A DNA stretch of 10,821 nucleotides from UHGV virus genome UHGV-1747927, one strand, 5' to 3'. Shown here piece by piece: positions 1 through 8,335 of this stretch. Position 1 is the stretch's first letter. Each line of letters starts with the position of its first letter. A program made the position numbers and the translations under genes. Below the pieces are notes generated by a model that saw only the letters and a list, made by a program, of their open reading frames with translations, was not told where the DNA came from and searched no databases. The DNA comes from a virus.

Positions 1-422
1 GGGCAAAACGGCAGGAGGTTGTTAGCGCAGCCTCTTGCCACCCGCTTTCACGAAGGTCATATGTAGAAGGCCGCAGCATAACTATCACTGATGAGTTCAG
101 GATAACCAGTGGCTACGGCTCAGTTTGGGTTGTGGCGGTCGGTGCTGAACTCCGACTTAATGACGATAGGCGTGTACCGACGCCTCGTTTTACTTCCTCC
201 GCTTTCACGGCTTCACCCTAGACCAGCTTTACGAAATCCTCGTAAACCTAACCGCGGCAGATATGACCGGCACGGTGTGCCATATCACGGACCGGCGGGT
301 GTCTCGTTCACCTGATTAACGCATCAGCCTGCGTATTCACCACAACGATAAGAGTACTGCGCGGCACCTTTCACCAATTCCGCGAGGTCTGCGGGTTCAA
401 TGCTCTTACCTGTTGTGCAAAC

Positions 423-463
423 AAAAAAGCCACCGTTGCAACTTAAGAGTCACTAACGGCAGC
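423..463 (-). terminator. Intrinsic terminator-like hairpin plus T6 tract just downstream of the putative Q gene (tR'-like)
   Basis: Minus strand reads GCTGCCGTT, a 17-nt loop, AACGGTGGC, then TTTTTTG. The stem is about 9 bp with two G-U pairs. The flanking GCACAACAGGTAAGAGCATTGA resembles the lambda tR' region as I recall it. Confidence 0.55.
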
Positions 464-473
464 TTACCCTCTA

Positions 474-503
474 ATTATGGCTAAATGGCTAATTGCATGT
501 CAA
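474..503 (-). promoter_or_regulatory. Candidate late promoter pR' overlapping the 3' end of the putative Q gene
   Basis: Minus strand has TTGACA (503..498), an 18-nt spacer and CATAAT (479..474). It sits about 10 nt upstream of the terminator hairpin, where a Q-dependent late promoter is expected. No other sigma-70-like match lies between Q and the terminator. Confidence 0.4.
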
Positions 504-999
504 GGTTTTTAACAGCAACATGCTTAACTTTCTCAACACGTTTACGCATTTTGAAAGCATTTTGCATTGGTTGGTACAAAACAAATAATGACGCTTTCAG
601 GATGTCGTCAATTTCGTTTCTACAGGTTGCCAGTGAAGGTTTTCTCCATCCCTCGCCACCACGTCCACACATCTTGCGTGGCTTTGCAGTCGCGTGATAG
701 TAGGATGCAATTGCTCGCTTAGATGAACCATGAGCGTAGTAGCTGAGGAGGATGCCAAAGGCTTTTTTGTCAATGTACATGACGGAATCGACGACCTGAG
801 AAATCAACATTCCATCATCATCATTGCACATTGGCCTTGTCATAACTCTTCCCGGCTCTACGCTCTCCATGAACTTCGCTATTACGCTGCTCATGCGCTT
901 TTCCAGACGACCTGAATAAACCCATGCGCCCCACAGTTCAAGCCAGCCATTCAGCCACTCGTGCTGTTCTTTGGTGAGGTTTAGTTCTCTTATGCTCAT
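481..999 (-). CDS. Putative late-gene antiterminator Q-family protein (172 aa)
   Basis: ORF sits directly downstream of ninH with an ATGA overlap and directly upstream of the promoter-plus-terminator arrangement, as Q does in lambdoid phages. The assignment is by synteny; the family is not recognised from sequence alone. Confidence 0.55.
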   Translation of the reverse strand: MSIRELNLTKEQHEWLNGWLELWGAWVYSGRLEKRMSSVIAKFMESVEPGRVMTRPMCNDDDGMLISQVVDSVMYIDKKAFGILLSYYAHGSSKRAIASYYHATAKPRKMCGRGGEGWRKPSLATCRNEIDDILKASLFVLYQPMQNAFKMRKRVEKVKHVAVKNLDMQLAI

Positions 1000-1184
1000 G
1001 GCCTTCCCCTTTTGCCCTGTTTGACCATCAGGACGCCGTTAACTATTACGTGACGCTCGCCTTTGCTGTCTCGGTTGTACTTGAGCACTGTTCCTCTTGC
1101 GCAGGAAAGCATCCTCGCCACTTCGGTCTGATTGCCTCGTGTCTGGATAAGAAGCTCTGGTATCGTTTGAATTGTGGCGTTCAT
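996..1184 (-). CDS. ninH: NinH-like small DNA-binding protein (62 aa)
   Basis: The motif GNQTEVARMLSCARGTVLKY...HVIVNGVLMV matches the lambda NinH pattern as recalled. Its position immediately upstream of Q and the ATGA-coupled starts fit. Confidence 0.7.
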   Translation of the reverse strand: MNATIQTIPELLIQTRGNQTEVARMLSCARGTVLKYNRDSKGERHVIVNGVLMVKQGKRGRP

Positions 1185-1543
1185 ACGCTCTCCAGTTCGG
1201 TGATTTTTATTCCAAGCCTTCCGCCTGGTACTTTCACGCCACGAATTACGCGAATGTCATCGAATTGCTCGTCGTCTTCCGCAAATCCGGCGTGGATAAG
1301 AGAGTCGAGTAAACCTTTCAGGATGTTATCGAGGTCGCGGCGGCGGGAGTCTGGAACGTCTGCGATGACTTTGATGCGGAGTCGTGATTTGGTGAAAATG
1401 TCTAACTTGAGTTGGCGGATGATTTGCTGAACGTCTTTTCGGTATTTCTGGCCTTTATCGCTGATGTAGTATTGGCTTCCCCGTCTTCGCCAGTAGGTAT
1501 TCACCGACGGCGGGTATGGAAGCACAAACTGATATTCGTTCAT
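1181..1543 (-). CDS. rusA: RusA-family Holliday junction resolvase (120 aa)
   Basis: Length and motifs (LPYPPSVN.YW, RRRDLDN, GGRL.I.I.E) match E. coli RusA as recalled. The start overlaps the upstream stop. Confidence 0.85.
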   Translation of the reverse strand: MNEYQFVLPYPPSVNTYWRRRGSQYYISDKGQKYRKDVQQIIRQLKLDIFTKSRLRIKVIADVPDSRRRDLDNILKGLLDSLIHAGFAEDDEQFDDIRVIRGVKVPGGRLGIKITELESV

Positions 1544-1830
1544 GGCTTAATCTTTCCCTCCTTCAGCAGTATCGCCTGCGTCCTGATCACGCCTTCGAGG
1601 TGGTAAAGTCTGGCGTCTTTGTTGTCGAGGTTATGGGTGCGTCGGTCGATTTCATCGTGACACGCGCTACAAGCCCATGCACCGATCAGGTCGTCAGGCT
1701 TCATTCCCGCTCCGCAAATTCCAGCCATCCGGTAATGTGCCAGAACTGTAGTTTCAGGATTGCCATTGCATATGCCGTAAATACGTACCTGGCATTCTCT
1801 GCCGCGTGCTTCTTTGCGTAGGTTAGCCAT
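1540..1830 (-). CDS. ybcO: YbcO-like (DUF1364) Cys-rich putative nuclease (96 aa)
   Basis: RGRECQVRI.G.CNGNPETTVLAH and ACSACHDEIDRRTH motifs resemble DLP12 YbcO as recalled. It lies in the nin region beside rusA, as in DLP12. Confidence 0.65.
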   Translation of the reverse strand: MANLRKEARGRECQVRIYGICNGNPETTVLAHYRMAGICGAGMKPDDLIGAWACSACHDEIDRRTHNLDNKDARLYHLEGVIRTQAILLKEGKIKP

Positions 1831-2099
1831 TATGGTTCACTCCAGTAATTCTCAATTGCAGCAGCCATTCTCTGCATCCACTCAGCCAGCTTTAACGCGG
1901 CTTCTCTTTCAGAACCACATTTAGGGAAATCCTTCATTTCCATGCTGGCCTTATATGTTCTGAATGCCAGGTCTCCGGTAATAACCAGCTCCTGATCAAG
2001 CACAGAGCGTTTATTCCGGTGTTGAACGTAATAGACAGATTCAGTCCGCATTTCTTCTCTGTCTTTTTTGAAGGAAATAAGCTCAGAGAAATCACTCAT
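1830..2099 (-). CDS. Hypothetical nin-region protein (89 aa)
   Basis: Long ORF co-oriented with and tightly packed against its neighbours. Its start overlaps the 3' end of the upstream NinF-like ORF. No family recognised. Confidence 0.5.
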   Translation of the reverse strand: MSDFSELISFKKDREEMRTESVYYVQHRNKRSVLDQELVITGDLAFRTYKASMEMKDFPKCGSEREAALKLAEWMQRMAAAIENYWSEP

Positions 2100-2262
2100 C
2101 GTCTTCTTCCTCGTACATTGAGCTATTCGGATCGCTCATCAGCTCTGCGCAGCAGAGCTCACACACGTTAACTTCCAGCACATGCAGCTTCTGACCGCAG
2201 TTAGCGCACGTTAAAGCTCGCTCGACGCTTTCTTGTTCGTAACTTCGATTTGGGTCAATCAC
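2092..2262 (-). CDS. ninF: NinF-like zinc-ribbon protein (56 aa, GTG start)
   Basis: Not in the supplied ORF track; found by hand. The minus strand encodes (V)[55 protein letters not shown] with a CxxC...CxxCC pattern. The GTG start overlaps the ninE stop as GTGA. It resembles lambda NinF as recalled. Confidence 0.55.
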   Translation of the reverse strand: MIDPNRSYEQESVERALTCANCGQKLHVLEVNVCELCCAELMSDPNSSMYEEEDDE

Positions 2263-2441
2263 CTTGTTTTCCTCGCACGTTCTCTAAGCCACCGGATATC
2301 CCACAGGTGAGCCGTGTAATTGAAGGTTTTTACGTCAGATTCTTTTGGGATTGGCTTGCGTTTATTTCTGGAGCGTTTCGTTGGAAGGTATTTGCAGTTT
2401 TCGCAGATTATGTCGGTGAAACTTCGTCGCTGTCGTCTCAT
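2259..2441 (-). CDS. ninE: NinE-like protein (60 aa)
   Basis: A 60-aa basic protein directly after ninB with an ATGA overlap. It has the same size and position as lambda NinE, and the ICENCKYLP motif is recalled from NinE. Confidence 0.6.
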   Translation of the reverse strand: MRRQRRSFTDIICENCKYLPTKRSRNKRKPIPKESDVKTFNYTAHLWDIRWLRERARKTR

Positions 2442-2848
2442 TCGTACCTCCTGTCGGTAAATCTGACACCCTGACCAATAGCCCAGGCTGTTGTGTACTC
2501 GATCAGACTTGCCATACGCTTCACGCTCATCTGCGCGCTGCTTTCGCGAATGTTGACGTATTCGCCTTCAAGGCCGGGCAAAACATCAGCTTCCTGCTTT
2601 GTAGCCACTGCATGACCGCTTATCAACAAAACCTTCCATTGTTCCGGTTTTAACCATTTTCCGCACCATTGAACCTGACGTGCGATATCCGCCAGCATCG
2701 CGTGAAATTTTGCGTTCTGGTCAAGGTTGCGCTTGTAGTCAGTAATGCGGATGGTAACTGGCTTGTCTTTATCGAGAGGAGTTGCGAGGATGGCGTTGAT
2801 TGCGGCTTGCTGTTGTTGCTTAGTTCGGAGGAATATTGTTTGCTTCAC
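2438..2848 (-). CDS. ninB: NinB-like recombination protein (136 aa)
   Basis: Pattern R.LDQN.K..A.L.D...QV.W.GKWL..E.WK is similar to lambda NinB as recalled. It is the first gene of the nin cluster. Confidence 0.75.
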   Translation of the reverse strand: MKQTIFLRTKQQQQAAINAILATPLDKDKPVTIRITDYKRNLDQNAKFHAMLADIARQVQWCGKWLKPEQWKVLLISGHAVATKQEADVLPGLEGEYVNIRESSAQMSVKRMASLIEYTTAWAIGQGVRFTDRRYE

Positions 2849-2859
2849 TGAACACTCCT

Positions 2860-3051
2860 TTATTTTTTATGCCTGTAACCCCATTCTTCCAGCAACCTTG
2901 CGGCGTACCACCCAAGAAACAAAGGAAAGAACATTACAATGAGATATTCCCCGCCACGGTCAATGTTCGAAATTGACCAGATTACGATGTAACCAGTGCA
3001 GGACAGGAATATTACAAACCCCAAAAAGCTACTTCGTCGACTCATGCTCAC
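2860..3051 (-). CDS. Small predicted membrane protein (63 aa, two hydrophobic segments)
   Basis: ORF in a co-oriented packed array. It contains two hydrophobic stretches (FLGFVIFLSCTGYIVIW and YLIVMFFPLFLGWY). Confidence 0.4.
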   Translation of the reverse strand: MSMSRRSSFLGFVIFLSCTGYIVIWSISNIDRGGEYLIVMFFPLFLGWYAARLLEEWGYRHKK

Positions 3052-3368
3052 TCCTTCACTTTGATTCCAGCGGCGCAGATAGCCTCTACATCGCTTTCGT
3101 ATTGCGATTCTGCACCTGAGTCATAGCCAATGTGATAATCACCGGGAAGTGGGCCTTTCTTTGGCTTTTGCAGCTCAATCTCGATAGCTGCTCGCGATGC
3201 CTGCCATAAAGTCCACCACTCATTTAAGGAGTGACGAATATCCATGCTTGAAAATGCGAAGTACCTATCACCATTTCTTGCCTCGGTTATCATCTCGAAT
3301 GGTAATTTCAATTTTTTGGCAACGTATTCCTCAAACTTCTTTCTTGATTCGTCCATATCACTCTCCAT
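3048..3368 (-). CDS. Hypothetical protein (106 aa)
   Basis: Long ORF whose stop overlaps the next start (ATGA). It occupies the slot between the replication genes and ninB where lambda carries ren. Confidence 0.5.
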   Translation of the reverse strand: MESDMDESRKKFEEYVAKKLKLPFEMITEARNGDRYFAFSSMDIRHSLNEWWTLWQASRAAIEIELQKPKKGPLPGDYHIGYDSGAESQYESDVEAICAAGIKVKE

Positions 3369-3383
3369 CGATGATTTTTTGGG

Positions 3384-3566
3384 TTACCAATAATATTTGA
3401 TAGTCGCCATAATTATCGGTAGCAACGCGCAGACGACTGAAAACCGTAAAACAAAACCTACCCCCAATATGCGATATGCATTATCCCAGAGAACAAAACT
3501 CATCATCAGAAGGAATCCATGAAAAATCGCGACAAGAAATAAACTACAAATAAATGCATTTACCAT
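3384..3566 (-). CDS. Small predicted membrane protein (60 aa, two hydrophobic segments)
   Basis: ORF that begins just after the helicase terminator. It is strongly hydrophobic (FICSLFLVAIFHGFLLMMSFVLW and FSVVCALLPIIMATI). Confidence 0.4.
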   Translation of the reverse strand: MVNAFICSLFLVAIFHGFLLMMSFVLWDNAYRILGVGFVLRFSVVCALLPIIMATIKYYW

Positions 3567-3592
3567 CGGTACTTACCCCTCGCTCTTAATCC

Positions 3593-3623
3593 AATAAAAA
3601 AGGGCTACTGTGTAAATAGCCCC
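3593..3623 (-). terminator. Intrinsic terminator downstream of the helicase gene (tR2-like position)
   Basis: Minus strand reads GGGGCTA, a 9-nt loop, TAGCCC, then TTTTTTATT. It lies 27 nt after the helicase stop. Confidence 0.5.
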
Positions 3624-3649
3624 TGTTATTAGCTCAGTGATGTAGATGG

Positions 3650-5026
3650 TCATACGTCCGCCCCTTGTGCATATCGTCTGCCACGCGCAGCAGGTGCATT
3701 TGATGCTGTGCAAATCTGTCTGGCTTCATCCTGGTCACATGCAACAAAGTGTCCGTTGCAGAACCGCTGGTAAACCGTACCAAGTGAGCCAAAACGGTTT
3801 TTCGTCACGATGATTTCAGCAAATGGCGCGGCGCTACTGTTCTCGTCATATACCGCTTCCCGATAGAGCATGATGATTGAGTCTGCGTCCTGTTCAATGC
3901 TTCCTGAATCACGCAAATCTGCGTTTGTCGGGCGTTTGTTTGGTCGCTTCTCAACATCGCGCGAAAGCTGACTCAGGGAGATAACAGGCGTTTTCAGGTC
4001 TTTCGCCATCGCCTTCAGGCTTCCGGAGATGTGAGCAATTGCGAGGTCGTTGCGATCTGCTTTCGGCTTCTCAATCAGGCCAAGATAATCCGCCATGATG
4101 AGTGACAGGTTTGGATTTTCCTGTTTGTGCCGTTCTGCGATTGAGCGTATTTCTTCGACCGATAACCGCGAGGCATCGACTACCCATACATCCAAATCTG
4201 CAAGCTGACTCATGCCGTTAGCAACACGCGCCCAGCCTTCGTCATCCATCGATGCAGGATTTCGCAGTACGCTAACCGACATCCTCCCGGCGTTGGCAAT
4301 GCTTCGCTCTGCAATCTGCAATGCGCTCATTTCCATCGAGAAAATCAATACCCCGCGCCGGACGTCAGAACCAGGAATAACGCGGCTTGCAACGCCTTCG
4401 GCAATCTTCAGAGCCAGTTCGGTTTTCCCCATACCAGGACGAGCAGCGATTATCACCAGGTCTTCCGCGTTCATCCCTCCGGTGATGGCATCAAGTTCTT
4501 CGATTCCGGTCTTCAGGGTATCTGACTCTTCTCCGTTCCTCAGACGCCTGTCAAGCGTGTCAGTGTAGTCGGTGATGATTTCCCCTAACCGTACCGGTTT
4601 AACCTCGTCACGGGGCTTTCTGATGGCTGAAAGACGCTTTACAAGCTCATCCATCGCCTGACTCGATGCGTCGATGGTTCCGCTCTGAATTGGTTCACGC
4701 ATTTCATCCATGATTTCCAGCACCAGACGGCGGTGATAGTTATCCGCGACCATTCCGGCATATCCCTTCAGGTTTGCGGCACTCGGGCAGTTTTTGCTGG
4801 TCATCAGGATTGACGTGAAATGCTCCTCTCCGCACGCCTCGGCAACCATCAGCGCGTCGATTAGGTTTCTGTTTCTCGCCTGCTTGCGGATAACCTCGAA
4901 GGCTTTCCGGTAGAGCGGAATTGAAAACGCTTCCGGCTCCAGCGTTGCCAGAACGTCGCTGGCGGTTGGTGTTAATCCACCAATCAGCAGGCCACCGATA
5001 ACGCTCGCTTCGATATCCTGTCTCAT
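3650..5026 (-). CDS. DnaB-family replicative DNA helicase (458 aa)
   Basis: N-terminal DnaB-like motif (EASVIGGLL); Walker A (AARPGMGKT); and the DnaB C-terminal motifs [38 protein letters not shown]. The start overlaps the O stop (ATGA). Confidence 0.9.
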   Translation of the reverse strand: MRQDIEASVIGGLLIGGLTPTASDVLATLEPEAFSIPLYRKAFEVIRKQARNRNLIDALMVAEACGEEHFTSILMTSKNCPSAANLKGYAGMVADNYHRRLVLEIMDEMREPIQSGTIDASSQAMDELVKRLSAIRKPRDEVKPVRLGEIITDYTDTLDRRLRNGEESDTLKTGIEELDAITGGMNAEDLVIIAARPGMGKTELALKIAEGVASRVIPGSDVRRGVLIFSMEMSALQIAERSIANAGRMSVSVLRNPASMDDEGWARVANGMSQLADLDVWVVDASRLSVEEIRSIAERHKQENPNLSLIMADYLGLIEKPKADRNDLAIAHISGSLKAMAKDLKTPVISLSQLSRDVEKRPNKRPTNADLRDSGSIEQDADSIIMLYREAVYDENSSAAPFAEIIVTKNRFGSLGTVYQRFCNGHFVACDQDEARQICTASNAPAARGRRYAQGADV

Positions 5027-5844
5027 GCAATCCCCCTGTCTGCAAACTTCCCTTCCCGTACTCCAGTTAACGAATCTTCCCTCAGCAGGTAATCAAAATC
5101 AGCTGTCCAGCCCGTGTCGTTGTCTCCGAAGTAAAACGGCTTGGCCTGATGCACAAACGCCCTGACATACGCTCTGAAACCGTCCACGTTTGGCGTTTTC
5201 AGTTGCGGGATGATTTTCTTCAGGCGGCGTTTGCGTTTCTCGTTGACCGCAACAGCGTGTGGCAGTCTGTCACCGACTTCGGTGTTGTAGGCGTTCAGGA
5301 AGGATTCGTAGTCGATTCGTTCTGCCTTGCGACGTTCAGGTTTAACCTGCCCATCACCGCCCCCGTTAGGGGGTAAGGGGGTATTTGTATTTATTGTCTT
5401 TTGTATATTGTCTTTTGTGTTTAGCTGACTTGGCTTATACCCATTAGCCGACTTGGCTAATGTTTTATTAGCTGTTTTAGCTAATGTTAAGCTGTCCTGG
5501 CTAATCCACTGAGAAACCACCTTGTTCACTCCGATTTTCACGCCATCAGCAATGAGGAATTTACGCTCGATAAGCTGGCGCTTGGCAGCGCAAACATGAG
5601 TGTGATGAATACCTGTCATGGCTGCTATCTGCGTGTTTGTGAGTCGATCCATCGGCTTATTGAATCCGTATGTCTTGCGCATGATAGCGAGCATCACCTT
5701 CAACTGCCGGACGGTTAAATCAGCCATCAGCAGACTGTCGGTAATCTCGTTAGCAACGCGCATGAAACCATCTTCGGTATCTGCCACGCGATGCTCCACG
5801 ACCTCCAGTTGAGGCCTGTAATCAGCTAACTTAACGACGCCCAT
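5023..5844 (-). CDS. O: Lambda O-like replication initiator (273 aa)
   Basis: The N-terminal domain ([39 protein letters not shown]) closely resembles lambda O as recalled. The iterons and AT-rich tract lie inside the gene, as in lambda ori. Confidence 0.85.
   Translation of the reverse strand: MGVVKLADYRPQLEVVEHRVADTEDGFMRVANEITDSLLMADLTVRQLKVMLAIMRKTYGFNKPMDRLTNTQIAAMTGIHHTHVCAAKRQLIERKFLIADGVKIGVNKVVSQWISQDSLTLAKTANKTLAKSANGYKPSQLNTKDNIQKTINTNTPLPPNGGGDGQVKPERRKAERIDYESFLNAYNTEVGDRLPHAVAVNEKRKRRLKKIIPQLKTPNVDGFRAYVRAFVHQAKPFYFGDNDTGWTADFDYLLREDSLTGVREGKFADRGIA
5381..5505. repeat. Replication origin: four about 17-bp iterons with internal dyad symmetry plus an adjacent AT-rich tract, inside the O gene
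   Basis: Iterons TTAGCTGACTTGGCTTA (5421-5437), TTAGCCGACTTGGCTAA (5444-5460), TTAGCTGTTTTAGCTAA (5468-5484) and TTAAGCTGTCCTGGCTAA (5488-5505) are spaced 20-24 bp apart. The AT-rich tract at 5381-5420 contains ATTGTCTTTTGT direct repeats. Confidence 0.6.
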
Positions 5845-5992
5845 GTTTCACTCCTGCTTTGGCTAGTCTGTAAACACCAACAAGGCGCTCTGCGAACGCC
5901 CTGTTATTTGCTGCGGCTACCACTAATCCCTCAGGTGAATCAGGGTGTCGAATCTCTTCTTTTTCCTGGTATTTCTTACGACGTTTTGTCAT
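5831..5992 (-). CDS. Small basic ORF (53 aa) between cII and O
   Basis: Not in the ORF track; found by hand. AGGAG lies 5 nt upstream of the ATG. It encodes [53 protein letters not shown]. The 3' end overlaps the O start by 14 nt and carries the O Shine-Dalgarno. Confidence 0.4.
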   Translation of the reverse strand: MTKRRKKYQEKEEIRHPDSPEGLVVAAANNRAFAERLVGVYRLAKAGVKHGRR

Positions 5993-6024
5993 AATTACTC
6001 CTGTGGATTGATCCAGTAATTCCC

Positions 6025-6321
6025 TCAGAATTGCATATCAATTTGCTCAGAATCCTCGGTGGCAGCCGGGGATTTTTTCTTTGTGATTCCATCCAATGCA
6101 TACTTAAAAGCCCTGCTAATCGGACTGATGTCTGATGCCATTCCGAAAGCACACAAGACCGAAGCAATAAATCTCCAGTCCGTTCTGCTTATCTTCGATT
6201 CATGACAGCCAATCATCTTTGCCAGACCGCGCTGGGTAAGCGTTGACAGGTTGATGAGTAAATCAGTTTCAGCGCGATCAATTTCTCGCTGTGTTGGCTT
6301 GCTATAACTTGCTTGTGTCAT
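6025..6321 (-). CDS. cII: cII-like transcriptional activator (98 aa)
   Basis: Positioned between cro/nutR and O as in lambda. The C-terminal region (KKKSPAATEDSEQIDMQF) resembles the lambda cII C-terminus as recalled. The rest is divergent. Confidence 0.7.
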   Translation of the reverse strand: MTQASYSKPTQREIDRAETDLLINLSTLTQRGLAKMIGCHESKISRTDWRFIASVLCAFGMASDISPISRAFKYALDGITKKKSPAATEDSEQIDMQF

Positions 6322-6405
6322 TTGTTAATTTTCCAATAGTGAATAGTTAGTTGAAAGGTATGCGTGGAAACGCATATGGCCTTAGTTGGTCAGATATCTT
6401 GGGGC

Positions 6406-6451
6406 TCGCTTTGTCAGCGACGTAGGACGAATGTCCATTGTGAAAAGAGCG
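6406..6451 (-). promoter_or_regulatory. nutR-like site: boxA-like CGCTCTTTT and boxB hairpin UCGCU-GACAA-AGCGA
   Basis: Minus strand just after the cro stop. boxA-like at 6451..6443, boxB at 6420..6406 with a 5-bp stem and GACAA pentaloop. The boxA-boxB spacer is 22 nt, longer than in lambda. Confidence 0.5.
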
Positions 6452-6458
6452 GTGTTAC

Positions 6459-6659
6459 TTATGCAGTTGTTTTTTTGTTACTTGGGAAGGGCTTTATTTC
6501 TTCCGCATAAACGCTTCCATCAGCGTTTATAGTTAAAAAAATCTTTCGGCCTGCATGAATGGCCTTGTTAATCGCGCTTTGATATACGCCGAGATCTTTA
6601 GCCGTCTTGGTTTGCCCAAAGCGTATTGCATAATCTTTCAGGGTTATGCGTTGTTCCAT
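6459..6659 (-). CDS. cro: Cro repressor (66 aa), lambda-type
   Basis: The protein ([11 protein letters not shown]...[40 protein letters not shown] pattern) matches lambda Cro as recalled. It is divergent from cI across the OR operators. Confidence 0.9.
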   Translation of the reverse strand: MEQRITLKDYAIRFGQTKTAKDLGVYQSAINKAIHAGRKIFLTINADGSVYAEEIKPFPSNKKTTA

Positions 6660-6685
6660 ACAACCTCCTTAGTACAGGCAACCAT

Positions 6686-6753
6686 TATCACCGCTAGAGG
6701 TAAAATAGTCAACACGCACGGTGTTAGAAGTTTATCCCTTGCGGTGATAGATT
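6686..6753. promoter_or_regulatory. OR1-OR2-OR3 operators with divergent promoters pR (toward cro) and pRM (toward cI)
   Basis: OR1 is TATCACCGCTAGAGGTA (6686-6702), OR2 CAACACGCACGGTGTTA (6710-6726), OR3 TATCCCTTGCGGTGATA (6733-6749). pR -35 is TTGACT (6712..6707) and -10 GATAAT (6689..6684) on the minus strand. pRM -10 is TAGATT (6748-6753) with the cI ATG 7 nt downstream (leaderless, as in lambda). Confidence 0.85.
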
Positions 6754-6756
6754 TAA

Positions 6757-7473
<717 letters not shown>

Positions 7474-7504
7474 TTGTTTTATTTTTCACGTAATAGGATG
7501 ATTT

Positions 7505-7846
7505 ATGACACAATTTCAACTTGCATTAATCGCTAGAGAAGTTGATGGAGAAGTCATCCATCTTCGCACCAAAGACGGATACATCAATGCCACCGCGATG
7601 TGCAAGTCTGCGGGGAAGCTACTTGCTGACTATACACGACTAAAAACAACACAAGATTTTTTTGATGAATTATCACGCGATATGGGGATTCCCATATCGG
7701 AGTTAATTCAATCATTTAAAGGCGGAAGAGCAGAGAATCAAGGGACTTGGGTTCATCCAGACATCGCAATTAATTTAGCTCAGTGGCTATCTCCAAAATT
7801 TGCAGTGCAAGTATCGAGATGGGTGCGTGAGTGGATGTCAGGTTAA
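7505..7846 (+). CDS. KilA-N domain protein (113 aa) in the rexAB position
   Basis: KilA-N/Bro-N-like motifs (INATAMCKSAGK, GTWVHPDIAINLAQWLSPKFAVQVSRWV). AGGA lies 6 nt upstream of the ATG. It starts 31 nt after the cI stop on the same strand. Confidence 0.7.
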   Translation: MTQFQLALIAREVDGEVIHLRTKDGYINATAMCKSAGKLLADYTRLKTTQDFFDELSRDMGIPISELIQSFKGGRAENQGTWVHPDIAINLAQWLSPKFAVQVSRWVREWMSG

Positions 7847-7885
7847 AGAGCGCCTGCCGAACTCCCTATCCACCTTAAGCGGTAT

Positions 7886-8264
7886 ATGACAAACCGAGGC
7901 AGAGTTCCTCATACGCACTTTTCTATGCTTAATGAACTGACGTTTAACTTGGTTGCGCCACTTGAACAGGCCGGATATACGCTGCCAGAAAAAATGGTCC
8001 CTGATATTTCAGAGGGTAGGGTTTTCTCGCAATGGCTCCGTGACAACCGGGGGGTTGAGCCGAAGACATTCCCAACATATAACCATGAGTACCCAGATGG
8101 CCGGACATTCCCGGTACGTCTATACCCAAACGAATATTGCAGATTTCAAACAATACTTCAACGAAGTGTGGCTGCCTCAGTACGCTCCTAAATATTTTGC
8201 TGAACGAGACCAAAGGGCATTGACGTTGATTGAGAAAATCATGCTACCTGACCTTGATTCCTAA
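7886..8264 (+). pseudogene. Downstream ORF with apparent +1 frameshift (frames 7886-8191 and 7953-8264), in frame with KilA-N across a single TAA
   Basis: The 7886 frame looks protein-like up to about 8130 (...RTFPVRLYPNEY). The +1 frame looks protein-like only from about 8130 (ADFKQYFNEVWLPQYAPKYFAERDQRALTLIEKIMLPDLDS) and ends 8 nt before a terminator. The 7886 frame is the KilA-N frame and only one stop (7844-7846) separates them. Confidence 0.4.
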
Positions 8265-8272
8265 ATGTTATT

Positions 8273-8299
8273 CCCGGCCACAGAGCCGGGTTTTCTTTG
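8273..8299 (+). terminator. Intrinsic terminator ending the cI-KilA-N transcription unit
   Basis: CCCGGC, loop CACAGA, GCCGGG, followed by TTTTCTTTG. It lies directly after the stop at 8262-8264. Confidence 0.6.
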
Positions 8300-8335
8300 C
8301 CTCACGATCCCCCTCACCCAAGAACACATAACCAA

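Noticed and set aside
109-315. 68-aa ORF on the plus strand in the late leader
   Set aside because: It lies in a leader region that resembles the noncoding lambda late leader, is on the opposite strand to all flanking genes, and has no evident Shine-Dalgarno.
485-1821. Plus-strand ORFs at 485-697, 730-915, 1050-1430, 1412-1606 and 1516-1821
   Set aside because: They are antisense to the tightly packed Q, ninH, rusA and ybcO-like genes, which have better support. They are taken as shadow ORFs.
2250-2942. Plus-strand ORFs at 2250-2474, 2669-2851 and 2745-2942
   Set aside because: Antisense to ninE and ninB, which have recognisable protein motifs.
4212-5812. ORFs at 4212-4568(+), 4740-5045(-), 5149-5376(+) and 5618-5812(+)
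   Set aside because: They fall inside or in an alternate frame of the DnaB-like helicase and O genes, and their translations are low-complexity.
6359-6376. Palindromic hairpin TATGCGTGGAAACGCATA at the tR1 position as an intrinsic terminator
   Set aside because: It is followed only by a weak CCTTTC tract on the minus strand, and lambda tR1 is Rho-dependent. Kept only as a possible structure.
7953-8100. N-terminal part of the 7953-8264 ORF as an independent gene
   Set aside because: The translation is Ser/Arg/Gly-rich and not protein-like until about 8130. It is better explained as the out-of-frame shadow of the 7886 frame before a frameshift.
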